Shown here: in pieces, positions 27,921-41,696 of the stretch
Numbering within the stretch: the stretch's first letter is position 1
How the letters are laid out: every line of letters starts with the position of its first letter
Assembly: GCF_001194135.2 (NCBI RefSeq)
Contig: NC_068999.1
Span: forward strand, 2,210,345-2,274,344
Direction: 5' to 3'
DNA: 64,000 bases
From: Octopus bimaculoides
Taxonomy: Eukaryota
Notes under the pieces: generated by a model
Seen by the model: the letters and a program-made list of their open reading frames with translations, nothing else
Told to the model about the DNA's origin: nothing
Database searches by the model: none
Position numbers and translations under genes: made by a program

Positions 27921-29009
27921 ACTGAAACAGAGAAAAAGGAGGAAGAGAGACAGACAGACAGACAGAAATGAGGAGAGAGAAAGAGAGCATGTGTATGTGT
28001 ATGATATGTGTGTGCGTGTGTGTGCAGACTAAAACAGAGAGAGACAAATAGAGAGACAGACAACAAAAGGTAGAGAGAGAGAGACAAAGACTCTGTGTGT
28101 GTGTGTGTGTGTATATGAGAAAGTGAGTGCGTGTGAGAGATGTACATGTGCGTGTGAGAGTGTGTGTGCATGAATGTGTGCACATGAGTGAGAGAGAGAG
28201 AAGAGAGAGAGAGAGAGTGAAGAGAGAGAGAGAGAGAGAGTGTGTGTGTGTGCAGACTGAAACATGGGAGAGGAGAAAAAGAATGAGAGAGGACGTGCAG
28301 ATGCGTGTGTGTGTGTGTGTGCGCGTCATAGACATGTGAGAGTAAGAGCAGAGCAGTGCAGGTGGAGGGTGGNNNNNNNNNNNNNNNNNNNNNNNNNNNN
28401 NNNNNNNNNNNNNNNNNNNNNNNNNNNNNNNNNNNNNNNNNNNNNNNNNNNNNNNNNNNNNNNNNNNNNNNNNNNNNNNCCTGGGTGATGGTTTGAGAGC
28501 TGGGTGTGGCATTGGCCTGGTGCGCAGGAGGGCAGAGGGTGAGGTGTTGGAGGAATAACCATCAGAGGTAAAAACCCTGTTATCAACACAAAAACGTCGT
28601 CTTTGGGATTGAGTGGAAACAACTTCAGCATTGGATTCTGATTTCATACAACCACACACACACACACACACACATATTCATGCATGCATTCATCCATCCA
28701 TACACACACAAACATATATATATATACAACCACATACACATATACATTGATCTGTACACACACACACACATGCGTGCGAATGCATACACGCATACACATA
28801 CAAACACATTCACATATACATCCATCCATTCATACACACACACACACACATACATACACATGCGAAAACACACACATGCACAAACACATACGCACACACA
28901 TAAGACACTCCATATAAGGAAGTCTCTTTTTGAGAGTTTCTGAATATGTCTCAAAGCACCAATGTATGAAGCCATACACACACACACACACACACATATA
29001 TCGCACACT

Positions 29010-29047
<38 letters not shown>

Positions 29048-29395
29048 CACACAAGTGTGTACACGCTCAAATATGTAAAAGTTTCATAAATCTATATATA
29101 TGTAATTACATATCTGTGTGTCAATATATGTGTGTGTTTGTATATGTGTGGAGTGTGTGTGTGTGCTTTTGTGTGAATGTGGAAACACTCAATTATATTC
29201 AGATATATAACTAATCTACTTATAATGAAGAACATATTCGTGAGTGTAAACATGTGTGTATATATGTGTGCATGTGAGTGTGTGTGTGTGTGAGAGCATA
29301 TAAATGCATACACACACACACACACACACACTCTCTCTCTCTCTCTCTCTCTCACATACATTATATATATATATTCATATCTATGTGTCGATACG

Positions 29396-29434
<39 letters not shown>

Positions 29435-29455
29435 GTATGCAAGGATGCATACACA

Positions 29456-29496
<41 letters not shown>

Positions 29497-31438
29497 AGAG
29501 AAAGAAATCTTTATTCCAAGTTCTTTACTTTTACAGTTGCTTCAATAGCAAATATTTGCTATTTGATCAAAAGATAAAACTCCGAAATAATCGCCTTCTT
29601 AAATGCACTTCTTGGATTCTAATAGCTCATACCAAGTGCTGCTGCTAATTAAATCATTATATAACGTGTATATATATCCTCTCTTTCTCTATCTATCTCT
29701 CTCTCAAAGAGGCACAAGTACCTACACACACATATACACACGTGGCAGTAACTTGCACCTATCAAATTCAATTACAAAGCTTCGGTCGGCCCGGGGCTAT
29801 AGCAGAAGACACTTGCTCAAGGTGCCACGCTGTGAAACTGAACCCGAAACCATGTAGCTGGGAAACAAGCTTCCTAGCTACACAGCCATGCCCATAGAAA
29901 GAGAGAGAGAGAGAAAGAGAGAGAGAGGGGGGAGACAGGGACAGAGAGAGAGAGAGANNNNNNNNNNNNNNNNNNNNNNNNNNNNNNNNNNNNNNNNNNN
30001 NNNNNNNNNNNNNNNNNNNNNNNNNNNNNNNNNNNNNNNNNNNNNNNNNNNNNNNNNNNNNNNNNNNNNNNNNNNNNNNNNNNNNNNNNNNNNNNNNNNN
30101 NNNNNNNNNNNNNNNNNNNNNNNNNNNNNNNNNNNNNNNNNNNNNNNNNNNNNNNNNNNNNNNNNNNNNNNNNNNNNNNNNNNNNNNNNNNNNNNNNNNN
30201 NNNNNNNNNNNNNNNNNNNNNNNNNNNNNNNNNNNNNNNNNNNNNNNNNNNNNNNNNNNNNNNNNNNNNNNNNNNNNNNNNNNNNNNNNNNNNNNNNNNN
30301 NNNNNNNNNNNNNNNNGTGGTGATTGCAGTCTGACAATACTTTATGTCTTAGCTTCAATAATTGTCAAAGAACAATTTGAGAGATGTGTTTGGTCCAACA
30401 GAATTGCTTAATCTCTGAGAACCAGTTTTTGGCAATTCTGGGGTTTTTTTTTCTTTTTTTGTGTAAGACTGATTTCTTGAGAGTAATTGGTTGTCTTTGA
30501 TTCAGAAATTAACAGTGGAATATGTCTTATGAAGCACCATACAGCTGCCATAGCCATTTTTTGAGGATGCCGGGGTTGGTTTGGAAAATAACTTGGGGTC
30601 TCATCTGCTCCAGCCATGGCCCACATTCTGTATTACTGTAAATCTTTTATCTTTTATTTGTTTCAATCATTGGACTGCGGCCATGCTGGAGCATCACCTT
30701 TAGTCGAGCAAATCGACCCCAAGACTTATTCTTTGTAAGCCTAGTACTTATTCTATCTTTTGCCAAGTTATGGGGATGTAAACACACCAACATTGGTTGT
30801 CAAGCAATGGTGGGGGACAAACACAGACACATACATATATATACAATGGGCTTCTTTCAGTTTCCATCTGCCAAAGCCACTCACAAGGCTTTTGTCGGCC
30901 CGAGGCTATAGTAGAAGATTCTTGCCCAAGGTACCATGCAGTGGGACTGAACCCAGAACCATGTGGTTGGTAAGCAAACCTCTTACCACAAAGTCACGCC
31001 TGTGCCTATGAATGTAAACATATGTGTGCTTGTCTGTATGTGAGTGTAAACTTGTGTGTGTGTTTATCTCCACCTAAACAAGTACCAAAAGATTAAATGT
31101 CTTTATAAATCAATGCCAACTTGAGCAGAATGGTAGAACAACAGAACCACAGAACAGCAGAATCAAATGAATGGCCAGTGTGTACTTTTACTCTCCCTCT
31201 CTCTCTCTCTCTCTCTTTCTCGCTCTCTTATCTGAACCAATTTCACGTACACAATACCTTTTTTTGTTTTTAACCCTTGTTGGTAACAAGCAGCAGTGCC
31301 GACTGCCCCATTTCTTTTCAAGGACTCCACCCTTGTTTTCTGGGTCACAAAAATATTTGTTAATTATCTGCCTCACCATTCCCCACATTCCAGAAAATAG
31401 TTCTTCAAGGCTTGACAGCACTTTGGTGAAGTTATCAG

Positions 31439-31472
<34 letters not shown>

Positions 31473-34400
31473 AGCCATATTGGTTCCACTGTAAGCTATC
31501 CTCTCTGAAGATGGCAACGACGATGGCAGCCAACAAGAAGGAGAATAATGAATGCCGGGAAGTCTTCTCTGAAGAATATTTCTTTGTCCTCTGCCTGGAG
31601 AAACCTAAGAATACGATAACAACAACAACAGCACCCATTACCTTTGCCATTTCCACCACCACCACCATCATCACCACCACCACAACCACCACCATCACCA
31701 CCACCACCACAACCACCATCATCACTACCACNNNNNNNNNNNNNNNNNNNNNNNNNNNNNNNNNNNNNNNNNNNNNNNNNNNNNNNNNNNNNNNNNNNNN
31801 NNNNNNNNNNNNNNNNNNNNNNNNNNNNNNNNNNNNNNNNNNNNNNNNNGAAAATGGTAACAAAGTGCTTAAATCATGTCTCTACTGGCACAAATTCGAA
31901 AGACCAAATGAAGGAGACCCTGTTTCTAGCAGGTCCTGTTACATGATCTGCTAGAAACAGTAGGCAAATTCAAATCACCTTCAAATTATACTTTACTGTC
32001 TTAAAAGAGAAAAAGGATGATCGCATTGGATGATGTAAGCTTAGATGAACTACCCTTGAAGAAAAGACAGGATGGTCAAAGCTAGAATGTCTTTTATTCA
32101 ATTCAAGCCCGATCCAGTGCTAAACAACAATAACAAGCCCTTGGTTCTTAAACTGATAAACCACGAGGCCCCTTTTCCCCATGATATCAGTAATGTTTTT
32201 TATCACCTCCCCCCATCCATCTCTTACATCACTTAGCTACCATTTTATGGAAGAAAAAGTAGTGGTGGTGGTGGTGCTTTTGACAGACAAAGGATTGACT
32301 GAAACTTCAAAGATTTTCCTGAAACACCAATTCCTTCGATACAGACCTTTAACCAGAACCAGGTCACCCAGTCTTGGACATTCCACTTCTTGAAGAGAGT
32401 TTCCTGGACAAATTCTTGATGTTTGCGTCGATTGGTGACCCACACAACAACCAAACAGTCTGGTGCGGCTAACTGTGGGACAGCAAGGTTCTCCAGGTTT
32501 GTATCTGATTCACACCAATATCTGAAAGAAACCAGGATTGAGGAAACACATAAATTGCAAAGACATCGATCACCATAAAGGAATGGCACTGTAGGATGGA
32601 TGACGCCAAGGCAAGGACACACACACATACACACACGTATTGGTCAAAATCTGTTTGTTCACCTTTGTGAGACAATCTAACGAAACGAAGCAGGCCGAAT
32701 CTTCTTTTACGTGGACTGTTTTTTATGTAGACTGTGTCAAGAGCAATACATAGGCCAAACAAAAAAAGAATGTGATCCACATCCCCTCCACCCTGTACCA
32801 TCACTGCTAATCAATCAACCCATCAATCAGCTGGCAACACAGCAACTAGCCAACCTGTCTAGCCTTTACGCTCACGCTCACACACACTGATATACATACA
32901 AGTTCATACACACTGACACACACTGATGTATATATGCATATGTACACACACGCATATTGGACATCCACATACATACACAGACACACACTGAAGTACACAC
33001 ATGTACATACACCCACACACACGTGCACACATGCTCACACACACACACACCCCACCTTGTTAATTGCAGTAATCAGCAACTTCACAAACAATATTAACTG
33101 AAGCCAATTAACAAAACTTGTCTAATCATTCTCGTTACCATGACACAGTAACTGTGGTATTTGGTAAACACCACCCCCTCCCACTCATTGAAGTAAAATT
33201 CTTCCATAATCCAATATTTCAAACCCGTTCCTTTCTCACCCCCCCCCCCGCCTCCAGCATCAGATGGTGGGGGGGAGAGGGTTGAATGTCAATAGTTGCA
33301 CCATTTACCAGTAATTAAACACCAATTAATAAGATCTTTAGGTCACCTGACTGTTCTTTTATTCCATTGTGGCCATGCTGGAGTACAAATTTGATGAGTT
33401 CTGTCAAACAAATTAACACTGGTGTCTATTTCAAGTCTGGTATTTATTCCGTCAATCCTTTCTTGTTAAACTGCTAAGTGAGGGGGGGGGGCGCAGACAA
33501 ATCAATATACATCGTCAGTTGGTGCAAACAGAAAGAAACACACACAAATACATACATATATACATGCACACACACACAAACACATAGACACACATGTACA
33601 TATATATACAACAGGCTACTTTCACCTTCCATCTACCAAATCTACCCACAATGCTTTGCAGGGATATAAGAGAAGACACTTAGCCAAGGGAGCCATACAG
33701 TGGGATGGAACCTGAAACTGTGTGGTTGGGAAGAAAACTTCTAACCACACAGCCATGTCTGCATCTATATAGCCATGCCACTCACTGGTTCTATTTCACG
33801 TTTTTATTGTTACTAGTCAACTAGTTAACCATTTAACCAATTAATTGATTGTTTGATTAATCAGCCAATCAATCAATCAATCAGCTAAGTTTGGTCTGTC
33901 TCAGACCTGGAACAGAAAGGTCATTCCATTGATGAGGTCATGAATAACAACAAAAGGAGTCTGACAAATCCAGCTAATTGAATAACTGATCAAACGAGTA
34001 AATTAACAATCGATTAATTAATAGGCAAAATAGTTGATGAGTTGACTAAAAGTAATAAAAGAAGTGAAAGAGAACCAGTGTGTGTTTATTATTATTGGCA
34101 GAATGACCCACCCAAGATACAACAAAATCTGTTGCACCACAACAGGAGGGGGAGGAGTAGGGTGATGGTTATAAGTAATTGTCTCTAATTTTTGCAAGCA
34201 ATTTCTCAAGAGAAAGTTTTAGTCAACACTGGAGACTCCCCCCCCCCACCCCATCATTGAGACTGGTACCTTTCTGTTACCTGAACCCTGAACCCCAAGA
34301 AATATGTAAAAGCAAAGCTGATTTCTGTGGGATTTGAACTCAGAACATGAAGAGCCAAAACACGCACAGCAACAGATTTTGTTCAATGGCTGCCAATGAC

Positions 34401-35011
34401 TCTGCCAGTCGGCCGTCCTGATGACGATAACGATGACGGCAACAACAACATCAGAAATGTCAACAACAACAACAAGAGTGACGAGGTGACCCAGAATGTT
34501 AAACCTATTAATGCGTGTGCGTGTGTGTCCTGCCCAACAGGAAGAAATATAATGGCACGCAAACATTACAAACAATGTAAACGAGATGATTTTTTTTCGG
34601 CTAATTATGTAGCTTCGTTAAATATCTTAACCCATCCCATAATTACCAAAATTCCTGCCTCTCCATCACTCCCTCTTTCTCTCAGAGCACATGTGTGTGT
34701 GTGTGTGTGTGTGTGTGTCGCTCACTTCAACATACCAATATGGCAAAACAATGTGCTTTATAAGAAATAAGAAACAGAAACTACTATTAAATGCCCCATG
34801 GTGGGAATCAACACTGGTACAGTAAAATTAAATATCAGCCTCAAAATCAGCTTCATTAACACCAAACACAAAAATTATGAAGATATTATTATTATCATCA
34901 TCTTCGTTATTTTCTTGTAGTTATTGCTGTTAATTAATATTTTTATCATTATTGTTGTAGTTGTTGTTATCTTCATTATCATCATTACCATTATTGTTAT
35001 TTTTTAGTTTC

Positions 35012-35047
<36 letters not shown>

Positions 35048-36596
35048 GGTGGCGCATGGCTCAGTGGTTAGAGTGTTAATCTTATGATCGTGAGGTTGTG
35101 AGTTCGAATCCCGGACCAGGCTGCGTGTTGTGTTCATGAGCAAGACACTTTATTTCCCATTACTCCAGTTCACTCAGCTGTAGACATAAGTTGCAGCGTC
35201 ACAGGTGCCAAGCTGTATCGGCCCCTTTGCCTTTCCCCTGGATAACACTGGTAGTGTGGAGAGGGGAGGTCAGTATGCATGGGCGACTGCTGGTCTTCCA
35301 TGAAACAACCTTGCCCGGACTTGTGCCTGGGAGGGTCACTTTCTAGGTGCAATCCCAGGGTCAGTCATGACCAAAGAGCGTCTCAGCATTCAGGTGGCGA
35401 GCTGGCAGAATCGTTAGCACGCCAGATGAAATGCTTAGCGGCATTTCATCCATCTTCACAATTTAAGTTCAAATTCTTTCTTTGTCAATTAACACTATGT
35501 CTGACTTCCTATTCTCTATCTCATGGTCGCACTGAATCATAAAATCCCACAGGATCTTTGCATTATCATTTTCGATGATGCCTTCAGGTTTGTGGTCGTA
35601 CCAATATTTAGCTCTGTCAAGTCCATACTTGTTGCAAAGTGTCCAATGGACAATCCTTGTTATATTGTCATGACGGTTCTTATACTCCTTCTGGGCTAGT
35701 GGCGTACATTGGCTGGTAATATGCCATACAGTTTCACCATTTTGTCCACAGATTCTACACTTATCACTTTCTGATGTGTTGTCTATTCTAATTATTATTA
35801 TTATTGTTATTATTATTATTATTTGGTTATTATTATTATTGTTATTATTATTATTATTTGGTTATTATTACTATTGTTATCATTATTGTTATCAATATTA
35901 TTATTGTTATTATCATCATAATTATTACAACTGCTATTATTCCTCTTATAATTATTGCTGTTGTTGTTGTTACATCATCATTATCCTCATCATCACCATC
36001 ATCATCTTGCTTAACATCATTATCGTTGTTGTTGTTATAATTAATTATTTAATTGCGTAATTAAATGACATCAAGAGACAATCACATTTAGTGGAGTGGC
36101 TGCACAAAAACATGAACCAGTCTCTCATGTTCAAAAACAAACAAACCTAGATTTCCATTTCCGCACATTTATATATCACATCTTTGGTAAACACTGGTGC
36201 CATCAGTTATAAGTTTCCAGCAGACTAACCAAAGATTCACCTTATTTGTGTAACACCAGATTTACAGGGTGTGTCTCTGTAACTCGGGAGGAATAAATAA
36301 CACAGGGTGTTTTTGCTTGATGCAGACATTGATTGACTTTGTAACTGATATGTTTGTCTTTCACTGATGGACATACACACATATACTTATATCTACATAC
36401 ATGTGTGTGTCTGCGTGTGTGATCATGCACATGTGTGCTTTTGTGTGCGTACGTGTACATGATGGGTTTCTTTCAGTTTCCGCCTACCACATCCACTGAC
36501 AAGGATTTGGTCAGCCCAAGGTTATAGCAGGAGATACTTGCCTAAGGAGTCAAGCAGTGAGAGTAAGAGTGAATGCATGCACACACAGGCATATAT

Positions 36597-36634
<38 letters not shown>

Positions 36635-39600
36635 GTATACATGCATGTGTTATTACAGCAAACACTTCATAAATGATAACACCACCACGTCCCCAACGAT
36701 TGTTGGTCTGTATATCCCACTTGACCTCCTCAATGTAACAGTCAGATCTCTCTCAACAAACTTCCGCCTCCTCCTCTCCCCCTTTTTCTTACACTTAAGG
36801 CAAGGACTGAATGAACAAGGGAACAACAGTAATGGATGTAGTCATGTGACAGTCACGTGACATTGTCACTGTAACAATCAAAATCTCCATCAGTGAATCA
36901 GGAAATTAATCAATCAATCCATTGATTTAGACAATTAATCTATCAGACAGTTAATCAGTCAATGATACAATCAATCAGACAATAAATCAAACAATCAATC
37001 AATCAGTAAAGCAGTCAATCAATCCAACAATCAATCACTCAGTTATCAATCAATCCATCAGTCAATCAACCAAAAATCAGTTTATCAAAAAAATCAGTAC
37101 AATATGTTTGAATAGATGATAGAATGGTCATCAAGGGTGGAATGACTTTGATTAACTGGTCTACAAGGTCAGGACTGACCCTGGGTTAAACAACAACAAC
37201 AACGGTGTACTCACGATTTCAGTCTCTTCACTGATTTGTTTTGCCATGGAGGATCAATCAGAATCACATGAAATGGACCACCTGGAAAAAGCAAACACAA
37301 AACCATTGAAAAACACATATATACACACACACATATATACACACACACATATATATAGGCATGTATGTACAGTCACACATATAGTTGTGGCTGTGTGGTA
37401 AGAAGTTTGTTTCCTAACCACATGGTTCGGGGTTCAGTTTCACTGCATGACACCTTGAGCAAGTTTCTTCTACTATAGCTGTGGGCTGATGAAAGCCTTG
37501 TGAGTGGATTTGATTGATGGAAACTGAAAGAAGCCCATCATGCATAAAGAGCCTATTCAACAAGACATCCAGTTTTCTTTCGTTAAATTATGTCCAAATT
37601 CTACAAGAACTTTCTTGAACTCACCTGCAAGTGGGTATATTTCTTTAAAAGTGTCCAAATTGGACAGCAGGAATGTGCTCTTGGATGGAAGCAGATATTT
37701 ATGGTTAGCAATTGTCACAATCTGAGGAATTTCTCCATTATATTGGACTTTGAGAAATGATGGATTTTCATGTGCCACACAAAGTTCTGAAAAACAAACA
37801 TTAATTCAATTTAATTCAATTTCAAAGACAATTATAATTGTTAAAATTGTAGAAATTATTCCAGAAAGTTAATAGAATACAATTTGAGGTGAAATCAAAA
37901 GCTGAGTTGAACAAAACAAAGCAGTTTATATAATTTTATTATACATTTCAATATTTTGGGGTAAAAAACTCTTTATCAAGAAAAAATTAAGAACAGCAAT
38001 GACTGGTAACTTACTCTGTACCCAAATACAATTCATTGTATAAGATACTTATTTACACACACACACATACATAAATACATATCCAGACACACACACACAC
38101 ACACACACACAGACACATATCTATTTCTTTATTGCCCACAAGGGGCTAAACATAGAGGGGACAAACAAAAACAGACAAAGGGATTAAGTCGATTACATCG
38201 ACTCCAGTGCATAACTGGAAATGAAGTGCCTTGCTCAAGGACATACAACCTACTGACTGTTGCAGAAACTGAACCCATAATCTTCTGGTTATTAGCTTGA
38301 TACTCTAACCATTTGGCCAGGCATCTTCACACAGACACATATTCACACATACAAACACAAACACACACACACACAGGACTACCTACATTTTGTCCACTTA
38401 AACAAATTCACATATGCACTTGAATTTATACACACACACACACACACACACATACACACGTATATACAAACTTAACAATAACAACAATACTAACAGCAAA
38501 CAGTATCAGTAATAAACACCTTTACAAAGAGCACCAGGGGGGGGCACCACCACCACCACCACAACCCCCCCTCTACCACCACGACCACCACCATCATCAT
38601 CAACAACAACAGCAGTATTAATGCATGAGAAGATAATCAATTTAAGAGGAAACAGATGGTTGAAATCTACCACCACCACCGCCACCACCACTGCTGCCAC
38701 CACTACTGTAATTAAAACTACAGTTACTACCACTCCTGTCATTACTATTCCTAGTGCTGCTGATGCTGCTACTACTACTACCACCAATACTACTACTACA
38801 ACTACTGCTGCTGTTACTACATCACGACTACATCCAAAACTACTACTATGACCTCTACTGCTACTGCTGCTTGCTGTTGCTACAGATTTTTGATGGCCAG
38901 GTGTAAGGTCTGGAGTCTCACCAGATAGCTGGGTGGATATACAAATAGCTGGGTGGGTAGACAGATAGCTAGGTGGATGTGTAGAGGGCTGGGTAGGTGG
39001 GAGGAGGTAGATATAAGATGGCTGGATAGATGGGTAGATGAGCTGGGTGGATAAACTGCCAGCTGGAAGGATGGGTGGATGGGTACATAGCTGGGTGGAA
39101 GGGTAGGTAGTGGGATGGATAAACTGCCAGCTGGGAGGATGGGTGGACAGTTGTGTGGATGGGTAGATGGCTAGCTGGATAGGCTTTCTTTATATGGGTA
39201 GATTGTTGGGTGGATGGGTAGAAGGCAGCAAATGTGTAGCAAAGGAGGATGTAAAAAGGATGGACTATTAAAGTGGTGGCGGTGGTGGTAGTGGTGGTGG
39301 AGAAAACTAATAGGTAAAACGTTTCAGATTCTAAATGCATTCCCCTCCCCACCTTCTCTTTCATGATCCACCCACCCACACTACACATGCATGATTAAAC
39401 TGTATACATACATACACACAGTTTCCATCTACCAAATCCACTCACAAGGCTATAGTAGGAGACACTTGCCCTTTTCTCTTTCTCTTTCTCTCTCTCTCTA
39501 TAGGGAGAGAGAGAGAGTGAGAGAGATCATCATCATCATCACAGTTTAACGTCTGTTCTCCATGCTGGCATGGGTTGGACAGTTCGACTGGGGTCTGGAA

Positions 39601-40179
39601 AGCCAGGAGGCTGCACCAGGCTCCAGTCGGATCTGGCAGTGTTTCTACAGCTAGATGCCCTTCCTAATGCCAACCACTCTGAGGAGCCAGAGGGGGCTGG
39701 CATCAACCACATTTGGATGGTGCTTTTACGTGCCAGCAAGCACATACAACCATATACATACGATATACACACATCACACACACACGCTCAGGACTAGCCA
39801 TATGCATCACTTCTCATATCCTTAACTCAAGGAATCAGCTGTTTCCATGTGAACGCACATGCATGCACACAGACACACGCACACACACATTTGGTTGAGA
39901 GGGTTGGTTGAAGGAGAAGAGGGGTTTCCATCGATGAGGGGAAGATAGAGATGTAGAAGAGTGTGTGTGTGTGTAAATATATAATAATACATATTGTGTA
40001 TAGACATATATGTATGAGTGTATAAGTGAATGCATGCGTGTATATGCCTGTATATGAATGTGTGACTGAGTGTATGTGTATGTGAATTCAAAAGGACACA
40101 CGGACAGATATATGTAAAATCTGCAATGATATTTCAAAAGTTAATTGAGTAAAAAGAAAATTAAGTTATTAGTTAAAAT

Positions 40180-40210
<31 letters not shown>

Positions 40211-41664
40211 TGAACTAAGAATATAAAAGTGAAGTTACTAAAAACCTCATGAGCCTTTGATCATAAGAGACCCCTCGAGATTTAGACAAAGGAACTACAT
40301 CTGTTCTCCAAGATCTTGAGGCAATGGTTTCTGTTCATACTTTTCACAGATCCTCCAAGACCTTGAGGGAGAGAGGTCGTGTTCATAGTTGTCGCAGACC
40401 CTCCAAGAACTTGAAGTAGAAGTTGTGTCCATAGCTTTTACGGATCCACCAAGATCTACAGATAGAGGCTGTGTCCTTAGAGGTTGCAAATGCTCCAAGA
40501 TTTAGAGTCGGGGCCACATTCATGGCCATAACAGGTCCTCCAAGATCTTGTGGGGTCAATAGGGTTGACATTCCTCCTGTAAAACAGCAAGTTGATGATT
40601 TCAGGAAAAATATTACAGTGGGAGGGAATTCCATAAAAGAATGCAGTGGGGAGGAAGGGCTAAGTATTAAGATCAGTGTAGTGGGGTTAGTGGGGGAGGG
40701 TCATGTAGTAGAATAGTGAATTGGTTGATTTGGTAGAGCGTTTGATAGACTGTCTTGTGGTGTTTGTTCTGACTGTCTGTGTTCTGAGTTCAAATCCCAC
40801 TGTGGTCATCTTCGCCTTTCAATGTCTTGGGGGCTGACAAATTGCTCCGGGATTAACTGGATTGGCAGAATGGTCTCAGGGTTAAAAATAGGAAGAGGCT
40901 CAATGAGGCATTTTGTTCATTCAGACTTTGGCATTCTGATAACAGTGATTGCCACAAACCATATTGACAGCAAGGTGAATAGGCCCACCACCTCCACCAC
41001 ACCACCATCATCATACAGCTACAATGTCCCCTACATACAATCCATCACCACCTAAACATTCTAGTCACTCCCCCTCCTTCTGTCACTATCTTTTAGTCAT
41101 CATCTATCTACCCATTAGCTGATTAGGGTACCATCCTGACCCCCACAACCACTATCCACTTCCTAACCCTGGCAACAATTATAACCTCCAACCACCACCA
41201 CCGTTACTATTACTACAACTACTCCTACCCTATCACAACTGACTCCTCCCCTTCAATCATTATGCACCACCACCACCACCACCAGTGCCACAAATGTTTC
41301 CCCCCTCTCTCTCTCCCCCCACACCCCTTCTGAACCAAATACAATCTGCAAACAGACACCATGGTTACCACTACCTTGACACAACTACCACCACCACCAT
41401 CACTGCAATTCGTACCACTGATGCTACAACTACCAAACCCTCCCTCCACCACCAATGCATTTATATCACAGCCACTATTTCTTGACATACCACCACCAGC
41501 GCCACCACTGTCATCATCATCTCCCCCCTCATCATTACCACCACCACTACCATCACCATCATCATTGTCATCATCAGTACCATCATCACAACCACCACCA
41601 CCACCACCATCATCACTATTATTACTATCATCAAAGCACCCCCATACACACAGCCTTTACTGCA

Positions 41665-41696
<32 letters not shown>

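Noticed and set aside
32663-32731. 69-nt minus-strand AG..GT segment encoding KNSPRKRRFGLLRF
   Set aside because: It is phase 1-1 while the host intron is phase 2, so it cannot be an in-frame METTL4 exon. No other support.
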